Source: an uncultured archaeon (GTDB lineage Archaea > Asgardarchaeota > Jordiarchaeia > Jordiarchaeales > Jordiarchaeaceae). Taken from it: 25,858 nt of DNA. A program made the position numbers and the translations under genes. Of this stretch, positions 1 to 8,083 are shown in pieces. The stretch is from positions 1-25,858 of the forward strand of contig CAZECW010000063.1 in assembly GCA_964510585.1 (NCBI GenBank), written 5' to 3'. Each line of letters starts with the position of its first letter. Positions within the stretch are counted from its first letter, which is position 1. A model generated the notes under the pieces. The model was not told where the DNA came from, ran no database searches, and saw only the letters and a list, made by a program, of their open reading frames with translations.

Positions 1-20
1 AAGGAGGAGGGAAAGATTAT

Positions 21-584
21 GTGGTTAAGAGGGTGAGGAAAATATTTGAGGGAAGAGTGGGGGACGCTGAGGGCGAGGTGAAGGAGATTATAGACCAGCT
101 TCTAGAGAAACTTAAGCCCCTGAAGGGCAAACACCTAGTAAACAGTAGGTGTGAGGGCATCCATACCCTCTTCATTTTTCTCCTGGCCTGCCAACGCTGC
201 GCCTCAGATGACACACTCACCCTGATGATGCTCTGGTGCTTTAACCCAAAACACATAGAGGAAGCCCTGTTTCAGTGTCTCTCCCACCTCTCAAGCAAGC
301 TTATAAGAAGAGGAACACCATTTAGGTGGGAAGTGGGTAAGACGTACCTTATAAGGTACCGGTCGAGGAAAGGGAAACCGGGCTGGCGTAAGATAAGGGT
401 GAAGGAAGTGACAAAGAAGCATATTAAGGCCCACTGCTTCAAAAAGGGGGAGACCCGCCACTTCAGGAGGAAAAGAACCGCCATGGAGAAGGTGATCCCC
501 CTCCATAAATCCGCAGATGTCCAGAAGCCCGCCAGTCCCCCAAGAATCTTCTGGGGCTGGATTAACTCCTCAACCCCCACATAA
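21..584 (+). CDS. Hypothetical protein with a C-terminal WYL-like domain; may be 5'-partial because the frame is open to the window edge
   Basis: The segment YLIRYRSRKGKPGWRKIRVKEVTKKHIKAHCFKKGETRHFRRKR follows the WYL pattern (I-x-Y...R-x-I/V...A-x-C...R-x-F-R-x-x-R). There is no in-frame stop upstream of nt 21. Confidence 0.55.
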   Translation: MVKRVRKIFEGRVGDAEGEVKEIIDQLLEKLKPLKGKHLVNSRCEGIHTLFIFLLACQRCASDDTLTLMMLWCFNPKHIEEALFQCLSHLSSKLIRRGTPFRWEVGKTYLIRYRSRKGKPGWRKIRVKEVTKKHIKAHCFKKGETRHFRRKRTAMEKVIPLHKSADVQKPASPPRIFWGWINSSTPT

Positions 585-721
585 GACAGGTAACAACCAG
601 GAAAACTACATACCTAAGACGAGTTCTCTATTAAAAAGCCCAAAAAATCCATATAAATGGGATTATCTAAATTTTGAAAAGAGAAACCTGATTCTTCCCC
701 AATTGGTTAAGAGGTGAAAGG

Positions 722-2095
722 GTGATTTCTTTGGGTTTACTTGAAAGGATAAATAAAATATTGGCGGCTGACGATCCGAGTCAACTCTTGGAATGGGATA
801 AAGGTTTTGGTTTTCACCCGCACAAGAATATTCCTGCAGTTATTACTAAGGCTGAGGGTGTAACTCTCACCGATTCTCAGGGTAGCGAGTATCTGGATTT
901 CTTGGCTGGTACCACCTGTGTAAACATTGGCTATGGGAATCGTGATGTAATAGGCGCTATTAAGAAACAGTTGGACGCATCGGCGGGCCTGACCGGCTTG
1001 GCGGTGAATCCTTCCTCTGCTAAGCTCATGAGAGTATTGGCGGAGATAGCTCCGAAAGGTTTGACTAGGTCCTTTATGATTAGTGGGGGTTCCGAGGCTA
1101 ATGAGATGGCCATCAAGATAGTTCGGAGAGCTACGAGAAAAATTAAAATCATTGCCCGGTGGGGCGGCTATCATGGGAACACGGCCGCCGCCCTGAGTGC
1201 AAGTGGGGTTCTCAACTACAAGATGGATTTTGACCCGGTTTTGCCCGGCTTTATTCACGTTCCACCGCCGTACTGTTACCGTTGCGATTTGGGATTGGAT
1301 TATCCAGAATGTGATGTGATGTGTGCTAGAATGATTGATTATGCCATTCACTACGAGGATCCCAAACAGGTAGCTGCAGTCATAGCAGAACCCATAATAG
1401 GATGGGGCGGAGTCATCATTCCCCCGAAGGAATACTTTCCAATGATTAGGGAAGTCTGCGATAAATACGATGTCCTACTAATAATGGATGAGGTTCTCAC
1501 GGGTTTCGGTCGCACGGGAAAACTGTTTGCGTGTCAACACTGGAATGTGGTTCCGGACATAATGACTCTGGCTAAGTGAATTTCCTCCTTCTACGTTCCT
1601 TGCTCGGCGGTCTTGGTGCAGGAGAAGATAGCAGAGTCTTTGGGTGTGGCTCCAGAGTTATCTCCGAGATACGTGGAGCGGGGAATTATGGGCATCACTA
1701 GTATGAATCATCCTTTAGCCTGTGCCGCGGCACTAGCCAACATTAGGGTAATCATTGAGAAAGACCTATCAAAAAATGCGGAAAAGGTGGGTGAATATCT
1801 TCTAAGCGGTTTGAGGGAAATCGCTGAGGAACACCCCTTTTTCGGGGAAGTGCGGGGCAAGGGCCTGCTAATAGGTCTGGAAGTTGTAAAAGATAAAGAC
1901 AGTAAAGAGCCGGACATGGATAAGGGTAGGGAACTTCAGGTGAAGTCTATTTTCAATGGCTTGATTATAGGGCACTCCGCAATGAGAACCAGAAACAGCT
2001 CCATACTACTCTTCACGCCGCCCTTAATAGTAACAAGAGAGGAAGTGGACAGGGCACTCGAAATCTTTCAAAAATCAATATCTCAGAGCTCCTAG
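722..2095 (+). pseudogene. Class III PLP-dependent aminotransferase (GABA/taurine/omega-amino acid type) interrupted by one in-frame TGA at 1577-1579
   Basis: Motifs YLDFLAG, GGSEANE, YHGNT, AEPIIGWGG, DEVLTGFGRTG and PDIMTLAK are present. Reading through the TGA gives AK*ISSFYVPCSAVLVQEKI, in frame with ORF 1613..2095 (EVRGKGLLIGLE, PPLIVTREEVD). RBS GAGGTGA lies before GTG 722. Confidence 0.9.
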
Positions 2096-2110
2096 CCATT
2101 ATTTATGCGT

Positions 2111-2134
2111 CTTCACATAATTAGTTATGTGGAG
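2111..2134 (+). terminator. Stem-loop just downstream of the aminotransferase
   Basis: CTTCACATAA-TTAG-TTATGTGGAG forms a 10-bp stem (one G-U pair) with a 4-nt loop, 15 nt after the stop codon. Its function is inferred. Confidence 0.35.
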
Positions 2135-2376
2135 GCCCCCTGCACAGCAACCGCTATTATACCCAGTGTATTAAGATTTGTGGGCGTAAAAAGTTTTTAG
2201 TGTAAATGGCTGAAGATTGGCTTCATTTTTGGCTTTATGGATGTGGGGGTACTGAAGGATGCAAGTTTTGGAACTTAAAAACCTGAGGGAATAGTTGGGA
2301 GGAAGGGAACTGTTAAGTTTTATTTGTTAGAATTTATTAATGTGGCTTGCGTAGAAGTTTTTGTGAGGGTTGCAAG

Positions 2377-3039
2377 ATGGGATTTATTTCTGAGGCGGAT
2401 AAGAAGCGTTTAAGCGGATTGTTTGAGAGACAGTTTAAGGGCGAGGTTAAACTTGTTTTTTTCAGCCAGGAGAACGAGTGCCCCATATGCTCCACTGTCA
2501 GGGAATTTTTGGAAGAAGTTAGCGGATTGTCAAGTAAGATAAAGCTGGAGGTATACGATTATGTCAAGGACAGCGAAAAGGCTAAAGAATACGGAATAAA
2601 GAGAATTCCGGCAATCGCGGTTTTGGGCAAAAGGGATTACGGTATACGCATTTATGGTTTACCCTACGGTTACGAGTTTAGGCCCTTCACCGAGTTGCTC
2701 CTAGATGTTTCTAGGGGTACCACCGAGCTCTCAGAAAATAATAGAAAGTTGCTACAATCCATCAAAAAGGACACACATATTCAAGTTTTTATTTTACTTA
2801 CCTGTCCCTACTGCCCAATGGTAACCCGATCCGCTTTCAGGTTCGCGGTGGAAAACGAACACATAAAGGTGGACATGGTGGACATCCAAATATTTCCAAA
2901 TCTGGCCCAAAAATACAATGTTGAGGGAACACCCAAAGTGGTCATAGATGAAAAAACAGACTTTTCCGGAGCCATTTCCGAAGACCTATTCCTGCAACAA
3001 TTAGTGGTAATTCAAAGACCCCCAAGCTACTACATATAA
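2377..3039 (+). CDS. Protein disulfide oxidoreductase (archaeal PDO, two thioredoxin/glutaredoxin folds)
   Basis: Two CxxC motifs (CPIC, CPYC), plus RIPAI, GLPYGYEF and VEGTPKVVI. Likely start ATG 2377; the ORF track starts at 2347. Confidence 0.92.
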   Translation: MGFISEADKKRLSGLFERQFKGEVKLVFFSQENECPICSTVREFLEEVSGLSSKIKLEVYDYVKDSEKAKEYGIKRIPAIAVLGKRDYGIRIYGLPYGYEFRPFTELLLDVSRGTTELSENNRKLLQSIKKDTHIQVFILLTCPYCPMVTRSAFRFAVENEHIKVDMVDIQIFPNLAQKYNVEGTPKVVIDEKTDFSGAISEDLFLQQLVVIQRPPSYYI

Positions 3040-3242
3040 AAAATTCACAGCGACCAAAATAAACAAACTGGAAAAATCAAACTACACCAACACTATCTAA
3101 ACTAAACACTGTGGAGCTCTCATCTTTTGGCCTTCCTAATTTTTATTTATCCTTTTTGACAGAAACAGAAGTCCATGAAAATTTAATTCCTAGAAGCCAT
3201 TTCTCCCAGATTTGAGAAAACCAAAAAAAGAGGAAAAGCTGC

Positions 3243-3330
3243 AAGGTTACAGTCCAGTATGCTGGGCTCAGTAGCCTTCGGGTAGCCTTAACTGACTGAG
3301 TAAGTGCTAATCGTAGCTCGCGGGTTTTTA
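3243..3330. ncRNA. Candidate structured RNA element of unknown class
   Basis: Several complementary segments: AAGGTTAC with GTAGCCTT (two copies), CTCAGT with ACTGAG, CCAG-TATG-CTGG, a C-TTCG-G loop and GCTA-ATCG-TAGC. It matches no family I recognise. Confidence 0.35.
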
Positions 3331-3393
3331 TACGTGGAATGTGGAAAGTAGAAAAATTGGGGAGCATTGATGAAACTAAACCGTGCTTCAATT

Positions 3394-3531
3394 TTACTTC
3401 TTCTTGGTTTCGACCTTTTTCATTGGCTCCCCACAGCATATTATGTCGCATGCGGAACATCCACACGGATCCTCAACAACCACAATAATTCCGCAGTCTT
3501 CACATTTGTATTTCTCGCCCTTCTTAGTCAT
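3394..3531 (-). CDS. 45-aa desulforedoxin-like Cys-rich metal-binding protein (absent from the ORF track)
   Basis: Hand translation gives MTKKGEKYKCEDCGIIVVVEDPCGCSACDIICCGEPMKKVETKKK. CxxCG...CCGxPM is the desulforedoxin signature. RBS GGAGGT lies 8 nt upstream. Confidence 0.85.
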   Translation of the reverse strand: MTKKGEKYKCEDCGIIVVVEDPCGCSACDIICCGEPMKKVETKKK

Positions 3532-3791
3532 TTTCCTTTACCTCCTGCCCAATTTCGACAAATAAACTAACGCTTCGCAAAATATAAAGATATTCCACCC
3601 CACTCCTTTGCAATTTTTAGAAAGTTCATATCAAAGATTTTTTCACATTTGTGGAATATTATTTTGATTGCTCATCGAAAACCTTTGAATCTCCATTGAA
3701 ACCTTATAATATGCCTGCTTCACCCTGTTTTCCGGATGGGAGGCTACACATAAAATTTAATCTATGATTTCAGAGTTTAATGTTTGAAGAG

Positions 3792-4379
3792 TTAATGCTT
3801 TGTGGTTTTTATTAGTTCTTTTTCGGTTAGTATGAAGTCTACGGGGATATCGTGCTCTTCTACTAGGTGTGAGAAGTCGTCGAAAACTTGTGTGGAGTGG
3901 ACGAGGGTTCCGGAGAGTAGATTTGGGTTTCTCTCTTTTAGATAGGCTAGTTCTTTATCGCCGTATCCCGAGCCCTTGCCTATGCGGTTTCCCTTCATGT
4001 CTACTGCCACGCTTCCCACCACTGCAATGTCCACCTTTAATGTTAATGGTTCACCGCCCCCGATAAGGTCTTTAATGGACACCTTCGCCTCTTTTCCCGG
4101 CTTCATCATTTTGAAACTCTTCATGTGGGGGGTGGAATACGCTAATATTTTGCCGTCGTTGAGAACCATTCGTCTGAAATGCATCAATGCTGCGTCGGGT
4201 GGGGAGAAAATGCATCGGGCCAACCGGTACTCGGGAAGTTTCCTAATCTGCCTGCTGGCCTCTGCGGCTCCCACAAAGTTGGGTATTCTACCGTGTGGAG
4301 GCAGGGGGAAGGCGGCAATTTTTTCTTTAACCATCAGGTTCCAGACATACTCTCGAAGCTCCTCTTTACTAGTCCACAT
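3792..4379 (-). CDS. 5-formyltetrahydrofolate cyclo-ligase family protein
   Basis: Motifs GRIPNFVGA, VGSVAVDMKGNRIGKGSGYGD and HDIPVDFILTE. Confidence 0.9.
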   Translation of the reverse strand: MWTSKEELREYVWNLMVKEKIAAFPLPPHGRIPNFVGAAEASRQIRKLPEYRLARCIFSPPDAALMHFRRMVLNDGKILAYSTPHMKSFKMMKPGKEAKVSIKDLIGGGEPLTLKVDIAVVGSVAVDMKGNRIGKGSGYGDKELAYLKERNPNLLSGTLVHSTQVFDDFSHLVEEHDIPVDFILTEKELIKTTKH

Positions 4380-4729
4380 ATATGGCCTCCAAAAAACCCC
4401 GCAATTTCCGGCATAATAAATGATTGTTTTGTACTGGTGGGTTTGGGTAATAAGTACATTGGCAGTTTAAAAAGGTCACCCATAGTTTATGCTTGCGACT
4501 CCCTTCAAAGGAAGGATTTCAGGCTAACCTAGGATTCCAATAATTTGCTGAGTGCTACCAGAGAATCTGCAGAGCCAAGAGTTATGTTTTTACCCTTTTT
4601 CCATCATTTTTCCCTTTGAGAGGAAGTAATTTTTTCCAATTTTTAGCAATGCTTGACAACAGAGACTAACCTAATTAGCATTGTCAGGTCGGTGTTTAAA
4701 AAATAAAGTGGCTCTATACTCTCTGCCTA

Positions 4730-5308
4730 TCAGGGTAACCTTTTCATACCATTTGTGACTCGGTCAAACTCATGTGCAACTCTGAGATTCATATCTAGCA
4801 GCCAATTGTAGACTCTGAGAAGCATTCTCTGAACACCTCTCTCTGGCAATTTCTCATTCTCCCACATTTCCATATTTTGGCTGACTGTATTATCTATTGG
4901 CTCCTCGGTGTGAACTCCCTCCTGCTGGCAGGCTTTCAGCAAGCTCTTGTCATCTGTGGCTAATGAAGACGCACCCTGTTTTAAACAGGAGATTAAGAGC
5001 AGAGCATCATTTGTCTCTATAGAGTGCTCCACAACTTTTCCGAGAGCCATACGCGCATCTTCTTCTGTGATTTGCGTGAACTCTATTGGAGAATCGAAGA
5101 GGGAAACCGCTTGTTAAAAAGCCCTTTTTCTGTTCAGCCCATAAATCCTCCAGAGCACATAGAAGATTTCGAATGGAGTTAGGGGTGTGGTGATCAGCAA
5201 CTTTTTTTCACTCACTCTCCTTAGGAATTCATCGCATACGGCTGTTGCAGGATAACCCTCCATAAGGGCGTACACTAAGAGATTAGTGTCAATCATCTTC
5301 CTCAGCAT
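4730..5308 (-). pseudogene. vapC: PIN-domain (VapC-like) toxin interrupted by an in-frame TAA at 5114-5116
   Basis: N-terminal IDTNLLVYAL and FEIFYVL. Read-through RKRAF*QAVSLFDSPIEFTQITEEDARMALGK joins ORF 4730..5050 in frame (TNDALLLIS, LATDDKSL). Confidence 0.8.
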
Positions 5309-5568
5309 TATTGTCCACCAAAAATCAACTCGTCAACCGAAACGCTTTCAAGAGAAATAGCGACAGCCCTGCTCCAGTCAACCTTCACTTTTCTTGATAG
5401 AAAATCTTCCCATCCACCTTTTTTTGGTCGGATCAGCACTCCTCCCTCTACCTCAACCATTTCTACTTCCCCCTTTAAATTCCATTTCTCTCTTACATCT
5501 TTCGGTATAACTAGTCTACCCTGCTCGTCTATACGCGCTTTTATCACCATTACCATCACCATTACCAT
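5308..5568 (-). CDS. vapB: AbrB/MazE/SpoVT-family antitoxin
   Basis: ARIDEQGRLVIPKDVREKWNL is the AbrB fold signature. Its stop overlaps the PIN gene start (TAATG). Confidence 0.88.
   Translation of the reverse strand: MVMVMVMVIKARIDEQGRLVIPKDVREKWNLKGEVEMVEVEGGVLIRPKKGGWEDFLSRKVKVDWSRAVAISLESVSVDELIFGGQ
5544..5568 (-). repeat. Hexamer tandem repeat ATGGT(A/G) x4 at the antitoxin 5' end (MVMVMVMV)
   Basis: The minus strand reads ATGGTAATGGTGATGGTAATGGTGA. Confidence 0.7.
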
Positions 5569-5836
5569 TCAGTATATTCACTTTTGCTAATAAATACTCC
5601 TAGGACAGCCAACTAATACGGAAGAGTCAAAGACATGTAGCAAAAATAAGAGCAAAGAAAAGGCTTTGCGGGAGAGTTGCCCTTATGTGGGGAACGCAAC
5701 AAGAGGATCCCAATGAACTCCCCAGAGATTAGGTGATGTGTCGAAGCTACAGATCTAGCATGTCTACCGTTAAATTATACTCCATTAAATCCGTCGTCTG
5801 AGAGGGAAGTGTGGAGGAAAAGATGGTTAAGAAGTG

Positions 5837-6040
5837 TTATAATTGCTTTTCTGCGGCTCTTCTTCTTAGATTCACCATGAAGAATAATATTCCCACTATG
5901 ATTAGGAATAGGCTGGTTGCGAGGGAGAGGAAGGGAAACCTACTGTAGAGTAGTAGTGGGATTATTATTCCGCAGCTAGGTGTATTGTACATAGGGTTAT
6001 TGTTTTGAAACGGAAGCTTGTGGTGAGGGGGGTTAAACAT
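5837..6040 (-). CDS. Possible small membrane protein or C-terminal membrane-anchor remnant
   Basis: Hydrophobic FPFLSLATSLFLIIVGILFFMV is followed by basic NLRRR. No recognisable family, and a competing 41-aa ORF lies on the + strand (5823..5948). Confidence 0.25.
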   Translation of the reverse strand: MFNPPHHKLPFQNNNPMYNTPSCGIIIPLLLYSRFPFLSLATSLFLIIVGILFFMVNLRRRAAEKQL

Positions 6041-6500
6041 GTATGATTCTTATGTTTGATCCGTCTATTAGCGCTTTATGGTCTTTACTTTGTAGGTGTA
6101 TGTGCTTCGTATACTGGGTTATCACAGTTTTAGCATTTTTCGGTAGTATTTCTGTAGAATTTTAAACTTTTTCGCACCATTTCTTAATGAAAAATAATTA
6201 CACCTAAGGTCTATATATACATGCATGGTCATGCAACTGATTTCTGCCGGGCAAGTTGGGCTCAGAGTGGGGGGCTAAAATTTGGAAGAAGCCTAAAGGG
6301 GACGAGCCGCCTGTGGGAGCATTCTTCCACCGAGAGCTGGGGAGATGTGTCTGCTTCAACTGTTCTCGGGTGAACCGATTTCTCTATTAAGCTTGAGGGG
6401 TGAAGATCCCGAGTTGTGGTGGTTGAATCTGGGTCAGAATGGTTTTCACTTCAAATTGAGTGTTGAGGGTTTTTTCGTTTCTGGTTGTGATTCTGTTTTT

Positions 6501-7703
6501 TCAGCTTTGGGTTTTGTAGGTGATTTTTGCTGTGACTTCTTTGGTTTGGTTTTCTAGGGTGAGGCAGCTTATGAGGTGTAGGGTGTTTAGTAGGTCCATT
6601 TCTTCTCTGTTGTGGAGTTGGCTTAGTGATTCTTCAAGGTCTGTTACGTTTTTTTCTTCGCTGAACATTGAGAAGAACAGTTTGGATATTTTGTCTATGT
6701 CAAAATTGCTGTTTCCATTGTTCACTTTTGCGTTCTCTGCATACCTTTCCACTACTTTTGAGAAATCTATTTCTATGGATTTTGGGGTTTCCCGAACCGG
6801 GATTTCTGCGAATAGTTGGTAGCCGTTTAGTAGACAGAGTGGTATGCCACGTTTTCCCATTACTAGGATTCCAATTTCGAATGGTGAGAGTGGAAAAGTG
6901 TATGCCGTGGAGATCTCATATTTTTTTAGGAAATCTAGTTTCTTTAAGTCTCGGATTTCCCTCTCTGACAACTGTGATGCTCTGGTTATGGTGTCAATGG
7001 TTAAAGTGACATTCTCTATTTTCAAACTTTCTGTTATTGCGCGGCAAATCTGGATGCAGGTAGATGAGGCGTCAAACTCCAGTTGGCTTGCGGTGTGACA
7101 TGGGGATAATGGGCACTCCTCCTCTTCTCCTTCGCAGTTGGCGATTTTGTGGAATAGGCTGTAAGCGTTTGAAATGAGGAATCGGTCTCCTTTTTTCTCA
7201 GCATACTTCTTGTAGAACTGGAATACTTCAAATACATCAATTAACAGGGAATCATAATCAATGTAGTGGGGAACATTCAAAACGTTTTTGCCATGAACAA
7301 TCTCGATTCTTCCCTTCCCCCTATCCAAATCAATGACTAGATCCGCCTGTAAAGATTTTCCATCAAGAAAGATTTCAAGGGGAACCCTCTTCCTTATCTT
7401 TAACTCTAATATGTCATTAACGCTTCTAAACCCGTTAGTCCCATTGGGGCCCTCATAAAATCTATCATGGTAATAGTCTGTGCATTCCAAAACTTCACTA
7501 CCGTTTTCCCCCACACCCGTCCTTTTTTTACCCAGGAAAATGAACTTGTCCCCCACCTTCCTGACATACTGCTTCAATTGAAGCAACAAAACAATACGCG
7601 ATAACCTCTCTACACTCAGACCCGACTCCCTCAATAAATCCTCCCAACTAAGCTCTCCCTTCGACCTCAATATAAGATAAACAGTAATAATGTCTCTGTC
7701 CAT
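6501..7703 (-). CDS. Hypothetical 400-aa protein with an N-terminal winged helix-turn-helix
   Basis: Long uninterrupted ORF with RBS GAGGTGG upstream. LSWEDLLRESGLSVERLSRIVLLLQLKQYVRKVGDKF resembles a wHTH. The remainder is unrecognised. Confidence 0.8.
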   Translation of the reverse strand: MDRDIITVYLILRSKGELSWEDLLRESGLSVERLSRIVLLLQLKQYVRKVGDKFIFLGKKRTGVGENGSEVLECTDYYHDRFYEGPNGTNGFRSVNDILELKIRKRVPLEIFLDGKSLQADLVIDLDRGKGRIEIVHGKNVLNVPHYIDYDSLLIDVFEVFQFYKKYAEKKGDRFLISNAYSLFHKIANCEGEEEECPLSPCHTASQLEFDASSTCIQICRAITESLKIENVTLTIDTITRASQLSEREIRDLKKLDFLKKYEISTAYTFPLSPFEIGILVMGKRGIPLCLLNGYQLFAEIPVRETPKSIEIDFSKVVERYAENAKVNNGNSNFDIDKISKLFFSMFSEEKNVTDLEESLSQLHNREEMDLLNTLHLISCLTLENQTKEVTAKITYKTQS

Positions 7704-7871
7704 TTAATCCAGCCACCTCACAACAATACAAAAACCAGGGACCCGCCTCAAAGAAAAGACAAAATTTTTTTACGGGATTCTCAAATTCAACAGAAAAGTA
7801 ATGCGGCTCATTGTTTCTAAGAGAACCCCGAAACATTCACGGCCACCATGTTAAAAGAAAACAGCCAATCC

Positions 7872-7943
7872 TTAAAAAAATTTTGACACCAAAAATAGAA
7901 TCCACATAATCACTATCAACAAATACACAGTATGAAAAAACAA
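7872..7943 (-). CDS. Possible 23-aa single-pass membrane micropeptide
   Basis: TTG start after GGAGGGTGAGG; the product is MFFHTVYLLIVIMWILFLVSKFF. T-rich DNA can yield such peptides by chance. Confidence 0.3.
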   Translation of the reverse strand: MFFHTVYLLIVIMWILFLVSKFF

Positions 7944-8083
7944 TTCCTCACCCTCCCAAAAACCCAAAAAATACATCCAACCCCCCGTGAGAATAACACC
8001 CCAACAAGAAAGTGGAGTTCCTTTATACAGAAAAATGAAGGATTCCCAAAAAGCTGTGGTTTTCTCTTGTGATCAGGTTATTA

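Noticed and set aside
1577-1579. Genome-wide TGA-to-Gly or TGA-to-Trp recoding
   Set aside because: Several intact genes here end in TGA at the expected position (DUF433, EamA2, feoB, cbiQ), so TGA is a normal stop.
3243-3325. tRNA (GGACTGTAA resembles a Tyr anticodon arm; CCCGCGAG resembles an acceptor stem)
   Set aside because: There is no T-loop GTTCRA, no D-loop and no cloverleaf on either strand.
4440-4700. Possible degraded second PIN fragment (ITLGSADSLVALSK) and a weak DtxR-like site at 4516-4533
   Set aside because: Multiple stops and only a short resemblance. The site mismatches both arms of the 15.8-kb boxes.
5733-5801. C/D-box sRNA (GTGATGT...CTGA)
   Set aside because: The C box is imperfect, there are no clear internal C'/D' boxes and no terminal stem.
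5823-5948. 41-aa + strand ORF MVKKCYNCF... with a GGAGG RBS
   Set aside because: Single CxxC, no family resemblance, and it conflicts with the antisense 67-aa ORF. It cannot be decided from sequence alone.
6230-6420. Cobalamin riboswitch (CAACTGT) or small Cys ORF (..HRELGRCVCFNC..)
   Set aside because: The B12-box and GGGAA/GCCACUG elements are missing, and the ORF lacks a credible start and RBS.
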